A stretch of DNA of 64,000 nucleotides, taken from an uncultured Eubacteriales bacterium (GTDB taxonomy: Bacteria; Bacillota; Clostridia; UBA1381; UMGS1253). Made by a program: the position numbers and the translations under genes. The stretch is from assembly GCA_902492065.1 (NCBI GenBank), contig CABUKE010000002.1, positions 131,548-195,547 of the forward strand, written 5' to 3'. This document shows positions 23,417 to 35,036 of this stretch, in pieces. Every line of letters begins with the position of its first letter. The stretch's first letter is position 1. The notes beneath the pieces were generated by a model that ran no database searches, had not been told where the DNA came from, and worked only from the letters and a program-made list of their open reading frames with translations.

Positions 23417-25019
23417 AGGGTGTGATTGTTTGGAACGAAAAAAAATCGCAATACTCGATTCGACTTTACGCGACGGCGCGCAGGCGGAGGGGATTTCCTT
23501 CTCCGTCAGCGACAAAATAAAAATTGTAAAGACGCTTGATGAGCTTGGCGTTACGTATATTGAGGCAGGGAACCCCGGCTCGAACCCAAAAGATTTGGAA
23601 TTTTTTGCACAGGCAAAACATATGCAGCTTACGAATGCGAAGCTCTGCGCCTTTGGTTCAACCTGTCGGGTAGGAACGCCGCCGCAGGAGGATGCAAACG
23701 TCCGCTCGCTGCTTGACGCTGACACGCCGGCGGTTTCTGTCTTCGGTAAGGCGTGGGACTTGCACGTTACCGATATTTTGAAGGCGACGCTGGAGCAGAA
23801 TTTGGAGATTATTGCGGATACGATTGCTTTTTTTAAGGAAAACGGGAAGGAAGTTATTTTTGATGCGGAGCATTTCTTTGATGGCTACCGTGCAAACCGT
23901 GCGTATGCGCTTGCATGTATTGACGCCGCACAGGAAGCTGGCGCAGACTGCATTGTGCTCTGCGACACAAACGGAGCCACCTTCCCGAACGAGATTGGGC
24001 AGATTACCGGAGAGGTGGCAGAGCGGCTTCACACAGCAGTTGGAATCCACTGCCACAACGACGTTGGCGTAGCAGTCGCAAATTCCATGCTCGCAGTCCA
24101 GGCCGGGGCCGTACACGTACAGGGAACGATGAACGGAATCGGCGAGCGGTGCGGTAATGCCAATCTTTGCACAATTCTGCCCAATTTGGAGCTGAAGCTT
24201 GGATATTCCTGCCTGAAGCCGGGCAAATTAGAGGATATTACTGATGCCGCGCGCTATATCAGTGAGATTGCTAATATTTCTCACGATGAGCGCCAGCCCT
24301 ACGTTGGCTCCTGTGCGTTCGCACACAAGGGCGGGATGCATGTGGACGGTGTGCTCAAAAACCCAAAAACATTTGAGCACATTGCCCCGGAGAGTGTGGG
24401 CAATACGCGCCGTGTGCTGATTAGCGAAATGGCGGGACGGGCGAATTTGCTAAAAGCGATTCACAAAATTAACCCCACGCTTGATAAACACAGTTCGGCG
24501 GTTGGAAAAGTAATGGACCAACTCAAGGAACTGGAGTATGAAGGATATCAGTTTGAAGGCGCGGAAAGCTCGATGGAGCTTTTGATTCGGAAGATTCTGG
24601 GCAAATATAAGCCGTATTTTGACTTAAACCAGTTTAAAGTAATTGTCAGCGAGCCGAGTGGGGAGGAGCTGAGTTCGTCTGCCCTGATTAAGATTCACGT
24701 TGGCAGCGAGGCATCCATCACAGCGGCGGAGGGTAACGGCCCGGTGGATGCGCTCGACAAAGCGCTCCGCGGTGCGCTCGAGCATTTCTATCCTCAGCTC
24801 GCCTGTGTTCGATTGACGGACTACAAGGTACGTGTGCTTGACAGCCAAAATGCAACGGGGTCAAAGGTTCGCGTTTTGGTTGAGTCGTCGGACGGTGTGC
24901 GGAGCTGGAGTACCGTCGGCGTATCAACTGATATTATTGAGGCGAGCTGGCATGCGCTGGTGGATTCGCTCGAATATAAGCTGCTCTTAGATACAGCAGG
25001 AGCTTCTGAGAAAAAATAA
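23391..25019 (+). CDS. cimA: citramalate synthase (IPMS/homocitrate synthase family paralogue)
   Basis: Motifs LDSTLRDGAQAEG and HCHNDVGVAVAN, length about 530 aa. True start is probably TTG 23430, just after the leuA stop. Confidence 0.8.
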   Translation: MQSIEACYKGCDCLERKKIAILDSTLRDGAQAEGISFSVSDKIKIVKTLDELGVTYIEAGNPGSNPKDLEFFAQAKHMQLTNAKLCAFGSTCRVGTPPQEDANVRSLLDADTPAVSVFGKAWDLHVTDILKATLEQNLEIIADTIAFFKENGKEVIFDAEHFFDGYRANRAYALACIDAAQEAGADCIVLCDTNGATFPNEIGQITGEVAERLHTAVGIHCHNDVGVAVANSMLAVQAGAVHVQGTMNGIGERCGNANLCTILPNLELKLGYSCLKPGKLEDITDAARYISEIANISHDERQPYVGSCAFAHKGGMHVDGVLKNPKTFEHIAPESVGNTRRVLISEMAGRANLLKAIHKINPTLDKHSSAVGKVMDQLKELEYEGYQFEGAESSMELLIRKILGKYKPYFDLNQFKVIVSEPSGEELSSSALIKIHVGSEASITAAEGNGPVDALDKALRGALEHFYPQLACVRLTDYKVRVLDSQNATGSKVRVLVESSDGVRSWSTVGVSTDIIEASWHALVDSLEYKLLLDTAGASEKK

Positions 25020-25039
25020 GAATCAGGAGGGCGGACGGG

Positions 25040-25516
25040 ATGGAACGGGAAATGAGAACGGTAGCAGACTCACGAGTGGAACAGATACAAATTGTCATGC
25101 CGGAACATATCAACGGCTATGGGCGGCTGTTTGGCGGCCAGCTCGTAGCGTGGATTGACGTAGTGGCGGGCGTTGTTGCGCGGCGGCATTGTCATAACGA
25201 GATTACGACAGTATGTATTGACAATCTGATCTTCAAAGCGCCGGCCTATGCAAACGAAACGGTAATTCTGATCGGGCGGCTCAGCTATGTTGGGACAACG
25301 TCGATGGAGGTTCGGGTCGATACGTATGTCGAGGCGCTCGACGGCGCGAGGACACTGGTCAATACGGCCTATCTTGTCATGGTAGCGCTTGATGGAAAAG
25401 AGCGTCCAATGCCGGTTCCGGGGCTTACGCTCGTGTCTGATGAGGAGCGCGCCGAGTGGGAGGCGGGCAAACGCCGCAGCGAGCTGCGTAAGCAGAGACG
25501 GCTGGAGCAGTATTGA
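25040..25516 (+). CDS. acyl-CoA thioesterase (hotdog fold)
   Basis: 158 aa with GRLFGGQLVAWID and a YciA/BFIT-like pattern. Confidence 0.8.
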   Translation: MEREMRTVADSRVEQIQIVMPEHINGYGRLFGGQLVAWIDVVAGVVARRHCHNEITTVCIDNLIFKAPAYANETVILIGRLSYVGTTSMEVRVDTYVEALDGARTLVNTAYLVMVALDGKERPMPVPGLTLVSDEERAEWEAGKRRSELRKQRRLEQY

Positions 25517-25537
25517 TAGACTTAGGAGAATTCTTAA

Positions 25538-26071
25538 ATGTATACAGAGCTTAGAACGCAAAGGCTGCTTTTGCGGCCTTTGAATGTTTGCGATTTGGAA
25601 ACGACGCATGCGTATGCGGGCGATAAAGAATCGACAAAATATATGATAGCATTGCCGAATGAAACACTTGAGGAAACCAAAGAGTTTTTGGAGCAGGCAG
25701 GCGTGGAATGGCGCAAAGAAAAGCCGCAGTCTTACGAATTTGCCATCGATTTAGACGGCTTACACATTGGAGGCATTTCCATCACATTGGATGAAACGCG
25801 CAGAGAGGGCGAGCTTGGCTGGATTCTCCACAAAGATTATTGGAAAAAGGGATATGCCACGGAAGCGGCGCACGCCGTCAAAGATTTTGCGATAAATACC
25901 TTGCGTGTGTCAAGGCTTATCGCGCATTGTGACAGCAGGAACACCGCTTCACGCAGGGTAATGGAGCGGCTTGGGATGACGCTCCTAAGCGACGATGGAA
26001 TCCGGTACAACCGTTCTTCGCCGGAGGCGGCAAAGGAACTTTTATACGGTTTGGATATTGGAGAAGCGTGA
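25538..26071 (+). CDS. GNAT N-acetyltransferase (RimJ/RimL-like)
   Basis: 177 aa. RLLLRPL start and the acetyl-CoA motif WKKGYATEA. Confidence 0.85.
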   Translation: MYTELRTQRLLLRPLNVCDLETTHAYAGDKESTKYMIALPNETLEETKEFLEQAGVEWRKEKPQSYEFAIDLDGLHIGGISITLDETRREGELGWILHKDYWKKGYATEAAHAVKDFAINTLRVSRLIAHCDSRNTASRRVMERLGMTLLSDDGIRYNRSSPEAAKELLYGLDIGEA

Positions 26072-26123
26072 TTTGTTACTTTATGAACAAAGCGTTAAAA
26101 TTGAAAAAATTTCACATACCATC

Positions 26124-26152
26124 TTGACAAATTTGTTATAAGGTGGTATTTT
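26124..26152 (+). promoter_or_regulatory. putative hrcA operon promoter
   Basis: TTGACA (26124-26129), 17-nt spacer, TATTTT. Sits immediately upstream of CIRCE. Confidence 0.4.
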
Positions 26153-26163
26153 TATTATAGTAT

Positions 26164-26190
26164 TTAGCACTCAAATAAAAAGAGTGCTAA
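26164..26190 (+). promoter_or_regulatory. CIRCE operator (HrcA binding site)
   Basis: Perfect match to the consensus: TTAGCACTC-N9-GAGTGCTAA. Confidence 0.93.
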
Positions 26191-26227
26191 CAATGCAGCG
26201 GTGTGCAATGGAAGGAGGCGCTGCAAG

Positions 26228-27274
26228 ATGGACTTAAACGAACGAAAGCGAAAAATACTGGAAGCCATCATCGAAGATTATATTTCCAGCGCAGAGCCGG
26301 TCGGCTCAAGGACGATCTCCAAGCATACGGATATGGGGCTGTCCAGCGCGACCATCCGCAATGAAATGTCGGATTTGGAGGAAATGGGGTATCTCATTTC
26401 GCCGCATACGTCGGCAGGGCGCGTACCGACGGACGCTGGATACCGTTTTTACGTAAACGAGCTGATGGAACAGTATAAAATGGCGCAAAAAGATATTGTG
26501 ACGCTGCGGCGTTTTTTCACAGCAGGCGTCTTGCAACTTGACAGACTGATTCGGCAGGCAAGCAGTATTGTTTCTCAGCTGACGAATTATACGACAATTG
26601 CTGTAACGCCGGAGCTAAAAAGGTCCTATATCAAACGGTTTGAGCTTGTTCCTGTGGATAGCAAAACGGCGCTTCTGGTTCTGGTTACGAGCGAAGGCAT
26701 TGTAAAAAATCAGTTGATTACCGTATCTGAAGATGAGGTTTCCCTGCGAAATCTTTCGCTTGTGCTTAACGAAAAGCTGACAGGTCTGACACTGGAGGAA
26801 ATCAATCTCGTTCGTATTAATGAGATCCAGCAGATTTTAGGGGCGGACAGTGCGGTGTTAATGCCGATACTGAACTTTATCCACCAGGCGATATCGGAGC
26901 TGGATGGGTCGGAGGTATACGTGGCAAACACGCAAAATATTTTAAACCATCCAGAATATTACGACCTTTCAAAAGCAAAGGAACTCCTAAGCTTTTTGGA
27001 AGACAAAGAAAGTGTGAAACATGCGGTTGACCAGGCAGATACCGGTGACGCCATTAATGTTGTAATTGGCAGCGAAAACGAAATGGATGAAATGAAAGAC
27101 ACTTCTCTGGTAACTGCCAAGTATGTATCAAACGGGAAGGTGATCGGTAAACTTGGCATAGTTGGGCCGACGCGGATGAACTACGCAAAAGTGATTGCTT
27201 CGCTTGATTATATCCATAAAAATATGGATACCATTATAAATGAACTGTATCACGAAGAGAAAGGCAGTGATTGA
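26228..27274 (+). CDS. hrcA: heat-inducible transcription repressor HrcA
   Basis: ATG 26228 behind GGAAGGAGG (track ORF starts at 26201). Begins MDLNERKRKILEAIIEDY. Confidence 0.95.
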   Translation: MDLNERKRKILEAIIEDYISSAEPVGSRTISKHTDMGLSSATIRNEMSDLEEMGYLISPHTSAGRVPTDAGYRFYVNELMEQYKMAQKDIVTLRRFFTAGVLQLDRLIRQASSIVSQLTNYTTIAVTPELKRSYIKRFELVPVDSKTALLVLVTSEGIVKNQLITVSEDEVSLRNLSLVLNEKLTGLTLEEINLVRINEIQQILGADSAVLMPILNFIHQAISELDGSEVYVANTQNILNHPEYYDLSKAKELLSFLEDKESVKHAVDQADTGDAINVVIGSENEMDEMKDTSLVTAKYVSNGKVIGKLGIVGPTRMNYAKVIASLDYIHKNMDTIINELYHEEKGSD

Positions 27275-27848
27275 ATTGGCAAAAAATAAAGAAGAAAATT
27301 TAAAAAATACATCTGTGGCAGAGGAACAGGCCGCCACAGATGAGAACATAGAGACGCGGGAGACTGCTTCTGCGCAGACTCAAACAGAGGAAAAAAACGA
27401 AAAAGACTACGATGCACTGGAAAAAAAGTATAATGAGCTGGAGGACAAATATTACCGTCTTGCAGCCGAGTATACGAACTTTCAGCGCCGCAGCCGCGAG
27501 GAAAAGGAAGCGATGTATACAAACGCGGTTTCCGACACTGTGGCGGAGCTTTTGCCGATTCTGGACAATTTGCAGCGCGCGGTTGACACATCCGCCGAAA
27601 CGGCAGACGCAAAGACGATTGCCGACGGGGTTGGCATGATTGCAAAGCTGGCGTCCGACGCATTTGCAAAGCTTGGCGTTGAGCCGATTGAGGCAGTAGG
27701 AAAAGAATTTGACGCAGCGGTTCACAATGCCGTTATGCATGTCGACGACGACAGCTACGGCACGAACGAAGTCGTGGAAGAGTTTCAAAAGGGTTACAAA
27801 TGTAAGGATAAAGTAATCCGATACAGCATGGTTAAGGTTGCAAACTGA
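27240..27848 (+). CDS. grpE: nucleotide exchange factor GrpE
   Basis: GrpE core RLAAEYTNFQRRSREE. The start may be GTG 27267 or TTG 27276 rather than ATG 27240. Confidence 0.92.
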   Translation: MNCITKRKAVIELAKNKEENLKNTSVAEEQAATDENIETRETASAQTQTEEKNEKDYDALEKKYNELEDKYYRLAAEYTNFQRRSREEKEAMYTNAVSDTVAELLPILDNLQRAVDTSAETADAKTIADGVGMIAKLASDAFAKLGVEPIEAVGKEFDAAVHNAVMHVDDDSYGTNEVVEEFQKGYKCKDKVIRYSMVKVAN

Positions 27849-27874
27849 TGTAAAAAATATATTTTACCATATAA

Positions 27875-29749
<1,875 letters not shown>

Positions 29750-29783
29750 TTGTTCTCTGCACGAAAAATATGTACGAATTGTA

Positions 29784-29820
29784 AAGGTTTTGCGTATTTT
29801 TGCGCAAAACCTTCCTTTCG
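29784..29820 (+). terminator. hairpin terminator after dnaK
   Basis: AAGGTTTTGCG...CGCAAAACCTT followed by CCTTTCG, a weak U tract. Confidence 0.55.
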
Positions 29821-29840
29821 TAAGCATTTTGTGCTATAAT
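29812..29840 (+). promoter_or_regulatory. putative internal promoter for dnaJ
   Basis: Extended -10 TGTGcTATAAT (29830-29840) with a weak -35, TTCCTT. Confidence 0.45.
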
Positions 29841-29912
29841 AATTCTACTGTTCTGTTTTTGGACAAACAGGCAGAGCGGACATAGAGTTTCTCTTTAAAA
29901 GGAGAGGTAGGA

Positions 29913-31064
29913 ATGGCGGAAAAACGGGACTATTACGAAGTGCTTGGTGTCAACAAAGGCGCGAGCGACGACGAAATAAAAAAAGCATACCGTGCGGCGG
30001 CAAAGAAGTACCACCCGGACCTCAACCCGGGCAAGGAGGCTGAAGCAGAGGCCAAATTCAAAGAGGTCAATGAGGCGTATGATGTACTTAAGGATAAGGA
30101 AAAGCGTGCCAGGTACGACCAGTTTGGACATGCGGGCGTTGACCCGAGCTACGGAGGTGGCGGAGGCGGCTACAGCAGCTATGGCGGCGGCTTCGGCGGG
30201 TTCGACGTTGGGGATATTTTTGAGTCGTTTTTTGGCGGCGGCTTTGGCGGTGGAACGCAGAGCGCGCGGCGAAACGGCCCCCGTAAGGGGAAAGACATCC
30301 AGGAATATGTGGAGATTACATTTGAGGAAGCAGCCTTTGGCGTTGATAAAGACGTGACCATCTACCGCATGGAAAGCTGTAAGAGCTGCGGTGGCAGTGG
30401 CGCGAAGAAAGGAACAACGCCGGTAACGTGTTCCGTCTGCGGCGGCACTGGACAAATCCGCACGACGCAGCGCACGCCGTTTGGTAATTTTTCTTCTGCT
30501 TCGACATGTAATAACTGTGGCGGTACGGGCCAGACGATTCCAAATCCCTGCCCTGATTGTAAGGGAACGGGACAAATCAAGCATCAGCGGCGTATCAAGG
30601 TCAGTATCCCGGCCGGGATTGACGACGGGCAGACGATTCCGCTGCGCGGCGAAGGCAGCGCAGGGATAAAGGGAGGCCCGAGCGGCGATTTGTATATCAC
30701 AGTCAGCGTGAAAAAGCACCCGTTGTTCTCCCGCAACGGATTTGATGTATCATTTGAAATGCCGATCAGCTTTGTTTCGGCGGCTTTGGGAGATACGATA
30801 CGCGTACCAACACTTGACGGCGAGGTAGAACACAAAATTGCAGAAGGGACGCAGAGCGGTACCGTATACCGGTTCCGCGGCAAAGGGATTCCTCACTTGC
30901 GTGGCAAGGGACGCGGCGACCAGTATGTAAAGTTTGTCGTTGAAGTTCCGCGCAATTTGAGCGAGCGGCAGAAGGAGCTGCTCCGTGAGTTTGACCAGTT
31001 AGACAGCGGAAACGGCAAGGAGCGCGGTAAATTCTTTGATATGCTGAACCGGTTCAAAAAATAA
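29913..31064 (+). CDS. dnaJ: molecular chaperone DnaJ
   Basis: J domain ([11 protein letters not shown]), G/F region and four CxxCxGxG repeats. Confidence 0.97.
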   Translation: MAEKRDYYEVLGVNKGASDDEIKKAYRAAAKKYHPDLNPGKEAEAEAKFKEVNEAYDVLKDKEKRARYDQFGHAGVDPSYGGGGGGYSSYGGGFGGFDVGDIFESFFGGGFGGGTQSARRNGPRKGKDIQEYVEITFEEAAFGVDKDVTIYRMESCKSCGGSGAKKGTTPVTCSVCGGTGQIRTTQRTPFGNFSSASTCNNCGGTGQTIPNPCPDCKGTGQIKHQRRIKVSIPAGIDDGQTIPLRGEGSAGIKGGPSGDLYITVSVKKHPLFSRNGFDVSFEMPISFVSAALGDTIRVPTLDGEVEHKIAEGTQSGTVYRFRGKGIPHLRGKGRGDQYVKFVVEVPRNLSERQKELLREFDQLDSGNGKERGKFFDMLNRFKK

Positions 31065-31080
31065 ATATACAACATAAAAA

Positions 31081-31110
31081 GTCTGTATAAAATTACAGGC
31101 TTTTTTATTT
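31081..31110 (+). terminator. rho-independent terminator after dnaJ
   Basis: GTCTGTA...TACAGGC followed by TTTTTTATTTTT. Confidence 0.7.
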
Positions 31111-31155
31111 TTCTCTTCAGACGTCTTACAAAGCAGAAAAATTCGGGAAAACCTC

Positions 31156-31183
31156 TTGCAAAATCACAATTTGATGTTATAAT
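31156..31183 (+). promoter_or_regulatory. sigma-A type promoter for the TIM-barrel gene
   Basis: TTGCAA, 16-nt spacer, TGtTATAAT. Confidence 0.55.
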
Positions 31184-31236
31184 GATTGATGTGTATAAAA
31201 CTATTTTACATATATCCTGAAAGGAGATTGTGGACT

Positions 31237-32202
31237 ATGAAATTAGGCGTAATGACAGTACCGTTGGGGTCCATGCCGCTTAAAGAAGCGGCAGAGTATC
31301 TGGCAGGTCTTGGCGTACAGGCATTGGAGCTTGGCGCGGGCGGCTGCCCGGGCAAGGCGCATCTTGACCCGGAAAAGCTTTTGGGCCACAAGGACAAAAT
31401 TGATGAAGTAAAGAAAATTATGAAGGACAATAATCTTGAAATCAGTGTCCTCAGCACACATGGTAACGCGGTGCACCCGAACAAAGAGATTGCAAAGATG
31501 TACCATGACGATTTTGAAAACACGGTTCGCCTTGCAAACGAGCTGGAGGTTGATACGGTTGTCACTTTCTCTGGTTGCCCGGGCGACTGCGAAAACAGCA
31601 AGTATCCGAACTGGGTTACCTGCCCGTGGCCGGACGATTTTCTGGATATTCTCAACTGGCAGTGGAATGAAGTGCTGATTCCGTACTGGCAGAAAGAGGT
31701 TGAATTTGTCAAGAAGTATGGCGTAACGAAGGTTGCCTTTGAGATGCATCCGGGCTTCTGTGTATATAATCCGACCTCGCTTCTGAAAATCCGTGAAGCG
31801 GTTGGCGATATAATTGGTGCAAACTTTGACCCGTCGCACCTGATTTGGCAGGGGATTGACATTCCCTCTGCAATCCGTTCGCTGGAAGGTGCAATCTACC
31901 ATTTCCATGCGAAGGATACGAAGATTTACCGTCCGAACTGCGATGTAAAGGGCGTACTGGACACCGACCATTACGGCACGGAAAAGACGAGAAGCTGGAT
32001 CTTCCGTTCGCTGGGATACGGCAATGACTACGGCTTCTGGAAAGACATTATCAGCACGCTTCGTTTGGTTGGGTATGAGGGTGCTGTCAGCATCGAGCAC
32101 GAGGACAGCCTGATGTCGTCGAAGGAAGGGCTTGAAAAGGCAATTGCCTTCCTGAAAGAAGTTATGATTTACGAAAAGCCCGGCGAGATGTTCTGGGCAT
32201 AA
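31237..32202 (+). CDS. sugar phosphate isomerase/epimerase (xylose-isomerase-like TIM barrel)
   Basis: ATG 31237 behind AAAGGAG (track ORF starts at 31186). Metal-ligand pattern FEMHPG, NFDPSH, HFHAKD, SIEHED. Confidence 0.8.
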   Translation: MKLGVMTVPLGSMPLKEAAEYLAGLGVQALELGAGGCPGKAHLDPEKLLGHKDKIDEVKKIMKDNNLEISVLSTHGNAVHPNKEIAKMYHDDFENTVRLANELEVDTVVTFSGCPGDCENSKYPNWVTCPWPDDFLDILNWQWNEVLIPYWQKEVEFVKKYGVTKVAFEMHPGFCVYNPTSLLKIREAVGDIIGANFDPSHLIWQGIDIPSAIRSLEGAIYHFHAKDTKIYRPNCDVKGVLDTDHYGTEKTRSWIFRSLGYGNDYGFWKDIISTLRLVGYEGAVSIEHEDSLMSSKEGLEKAIAFLKEVMIYEKPGEMFWA

Positions 32203-32235
32203 TAAATAGCGGATTCAGGCTGCACGGCCTGTAGG

Positions 32236-32280
32236 ATTTGCCCTGCACCGACTGGTTGCAGGGCAAATTGCGTTTGTTAT
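32236..32280 (+). terminator. strong hairpin (terminator or attenuator) between the TIM-barrel gene and GH31
   Basis: A 12-bp stem, ATTTGCCCTGCA...TGCAGGGCAAAT, followed by TGCGTTTGTT. Confidence 0.5.
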
Positions 32281-32299
32281 AAGATTAGGAGGTGAACCA

Positions 32300-33826
32300 A
32301 TGAGGCAGGTAAAAGAAATTAAATTGCTGGATGGAGAATACTGGTGGGGCGGAATTGCCGCAGACGGGTACCGGATGCCAATGGGCGATGAAGAACTGCA
32401 CCGCGATTTGCGCGTTGACCAACTCAGCAATCAGACTGCGCCATTTCTCGTATCCAATAAAGGCCGGTACGTTTACGGGTTTGACCCGTTTTCGTATGCG
32501 TTCAAAGACCGCGTTCTAACCATTGAGAGCGAACAAGCGGTTGCATTCGAGGAGGGATACGGAACGCTGCGTGGCGCATACTGTGCCGCGGCAGAGAAAT
32601 ATTTCCCCGCCTGTGGCCGCATTCCCGGTGAGTTGCTATTCACTGCGCCGCAGTATAACGCATGGATCGAAATGATGTATGAGCCAACCGGAGATAAAAT
32701 GATTGCGTATGCCAACGCGATTCTTGAAAACGGGATGCCGGTCGGCGTAATTACAATTGATGATAATTGGCAGGAGGACTATGGCGTATGGGAGTTTCAC
32801 GCCGGACGCTTTCCTGAGCCGAAAAAGACGGTTGATACCCTGCACCAGCTCGGCTTTCCGGTCATGCTGTGGGTTTGCAATTACATAAGCCCTGACAGCT
32901 ATACGTTCCGCGAGCTTGAGAAGTTGGGCTATCTAATCAAAACGAAAGAGGGGAACAGCGCCATCGTTCACTGGTGGAACGGTTACAGCGGTATGCTTGA
33001 CCTGACGAACCCCGGTGCGGTAGCATGGCTCAAAGGGCGGCTCGACGGCCTGATGGAGACGTACGGTATAGATGGGTTCAAGTTTGACGCAGGTGACCCG
33101 GATGTATATGCAGTTGATTTTGTGACCCATCGCACCATTTCCGGTACAGAGTATTGCAAGCTGTGGGCCCAGTTTGGGGAGCAGTACGCATTTAATGAGT
33201 ACCGGGCCTGCTACGATATGGGCGGCCGCGCGCTCGGTCAGCGGCTGTGCGATAAGCGGCATAGCTGGGACGAGGTCAATGGTGTTGCGTCGCTCGTACC
33301 GAACGGGCTTGCACAGGGGATTTTGGGCTATGCGTATAGCTGTCCGGATATGATCGGCGGCGGGGAATTCAGTTGCTTTTTAGATAACCCCGACTTGGAC
33401 GAGGAACTGATTGTGCGGCATGCACAGTGCGCTGCATTATTTCCGATGATGCAGTTTTCCGTGTCGCCATGGCGGATACTGAACGAGAAGCACTTATCCT
33501 GCTGTGTCGAAGCGGCGAAGCTGCATCATGCGCTTGGGGATGAAATCTTGCAGCTTGCACGCGAAGCGGCGCAGACCGGGGAGCCGGTTATCCGTTACAT
33601 GGAATACGTATTTCCGCATTGCGGATATGAAAAAATTACCGACCAGTTTATGCTGGGAGATGATATCTTAGTCGCGCCAGTAGTTACGCCGGATACCGAC
33701 AAAAGGACGGTTGTGTTCCCGGCTGGAACATGGAGCGGTGTAGGCGGTACGGTTGAGGGACCGTGCACAAAGGAGCTGCTTGCGCCCATTGACACGCTTT
33801 TGTGGTTTCGGCGCTTAGGCAATTGA
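32300..33826 (+). CDS. glycoside hydrolase family 31 protein, short form
   Basis: 508 aa. DDNWQ and GIDGFKFDAGD (compare YicI GVDCFKTDFGE). I see no obvious signal peptide. Confidence 0.8.
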   Translation: MRQVKEIKLLDGEYWWGGIAADGYRMPMGDEELHRDLRVDQLSNQTAPFLVSNKGRYVYGFDPFSYAFKDRVLTIESEQAVAFEEGYGTLRGAYCAAAEKYFPACGRIPGELLFTAPQYNAWIEMMYEPTGDKMIAYANAILENGMPVGVITIDDNWQEDYGVWEFHAGRFPEPKKTVDTLHQLGFPVMLWVCNYISPDSYTFRELEKLGYLIKTKEGNSAIVHWWNGYSGMLDLTNPGAVAWLKGRLDGLMETYGIDGFKFDAGDPDVYAVDFVTHRTISGTEYCKLWAQFGEQYAFNEYRACYDMGGRALGQRLCDKRHSWDEVNGVASLVPNGLAQGILGYAYSCPDMIGGGEFSCFLDNPDLDEELIVRHAQCAALFPMMQFSVSPWRILNEKHLSCCVEAAKLHHALGDEILQLAREAAQTGEPVIRYMEYVFPHCGYEKITDQFMLGDDILVAPVVTPDTDKRTVVFPAGTWSGVGGTVEGPCTKELLAPIDTLLWFRRLGN

Positions 33827-33858
33827 CAAATATACAAAAAAAGGAGCATTCAGGTGAT

Positions 33859-34878
33859 ATGCAGAAGCTACGTTCCGTTATCATAGGATGCGGCGCGATA
33901 TTTCCCATGCATGCTGCATCCATTCAGGCAAATGAATATGCAGAGCTTACCGCTGTGTGCGATATTCGCCCGGAGCGGGCAGAACAGCGCGCGCAGGAGT
34001 GCAATTGTAGGTGGCACATAGACTATCAGGAGATGATTGCGCAGGAAAAACCGGACTCCGTTCATATTTGCCTGCCACACTATCTTCACGCACCAGTTAG
34101 TATCTACGCGCTTGAACACGGATGTCATGTGTTGTGTGAAAAACCGATGGCAACCACGCTTGAGGATGCGCAAAAGATGATGGAGGCCGCAAACAGGAGT
34201 GGAAAGACGCTTGACATCATATTCCAAAACCGCTATAATCCCGGCAGCAAATTGATAAAGGAAGCGGTAACGGACGGTACGCTCGGGAAAGTACATGGCG
34301 CACGGGCGATTGTATGCTGGAACCGCTCCGAAGAATACTATCATGAAAGCGGTTGGCGCGGCACGCTTGAAAAAGAAGGCGGCGGCGTATGTGTAAATCA
34401 GGCTATCCATACCCTTGATCTGATGCTGTGGTTTTGCGGCAAGCGCCCCGCCTCGGTTAAAGCGTCGCTTGACACACGGGCGCATACCATTGAGGTGGAG
34501 GACGACGCAAGCGGCATGATAACTTTTGAAGACGGTGTGCGCGCAAATTTCTGGTTCACAAACAATAACTGTACCGATTCTCCAGTGGAAATCACGCTCT
34601 GGGGTGAAAACGGCACGGCAACGCTCATTGGTGATAAGGCGGAAATTGCTTTACACGACGGGCGGATCCTGACGGCGCAAAACGGGGACGAGGTTTTCCG
34701 CTATGGCGAGATGAAGAACTATTGGGGCTTCAGCCACGTCCGGCAGATTAACGATTATTATAATCACCTTGTTCACGGACAATCTTTATTTGTGCCATGT
34801 GAGGCGGCGTATGAAACACACAAGGTCATGTGTGCGATTCTTACTTCGGGAAGGGAAAACCGAAGGGTGGATTTATAA
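33859..34878 (+). CDS. Gfo/Idh/MocA family oxidoreductase
   Basis: ATG 33859 behind AAGGAG (track ORF starts at 33802). Rossmann motif VIIGCGAI and EKP motif VLCEKPMA. Confidence 0.85.
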   Translation: MQKLRSVIIGCGAIFPMHAASIQANEYAELTAVCDIRPERAEQRAQECNCRWHIDYQEMIAQEKPDSVHICLPHYLHAPVSIYALEHGCHVLCEKPMATTLEDAQKMMEAANRSGKTLDIIFQNRYNPGSKLIKEAVTDGTLGKVHGARAIVCWNRSEEYYHESGWRGTLEKEGGGVCVNQAIHTLDLMLWFCGKRPASVKASLDTRAHTIEVEDDASGMITFEDGVRANFWFTNNNCTDSPVEITLWGENGTATLIGDKAEIALHDGRILTAQNGDEVFRYGEMKNYWGFSHVRQINDYYNHLVHGQSLFVPCEAAYETHKVMCAILTSGRENRRVDL

Positions 34879-34885
34879 AAACAAG

Positions 34886-34915
34886 GAGGAAGCAGGCAGC
34901 TTCCTCTCTTTTTAT
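34886..34915 (+). terminator. rho-independent terminator after the oxidoreductase gene
   Basis: GAGGAAGC...GCTTCCTC followed by TCTTTTTA. Confidence 0.65.
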
Positions 34916-35036
34916 GCCACGGTATAGTGCCAAAGGTGATAAAATTTCGCGAAAACATTGAATTTCCGCTCATTTTGTGATATAAATATAGGTATTATGG
35001 TTTTATATTGAATCGAGCGAAGGGACGGTAATTGCG

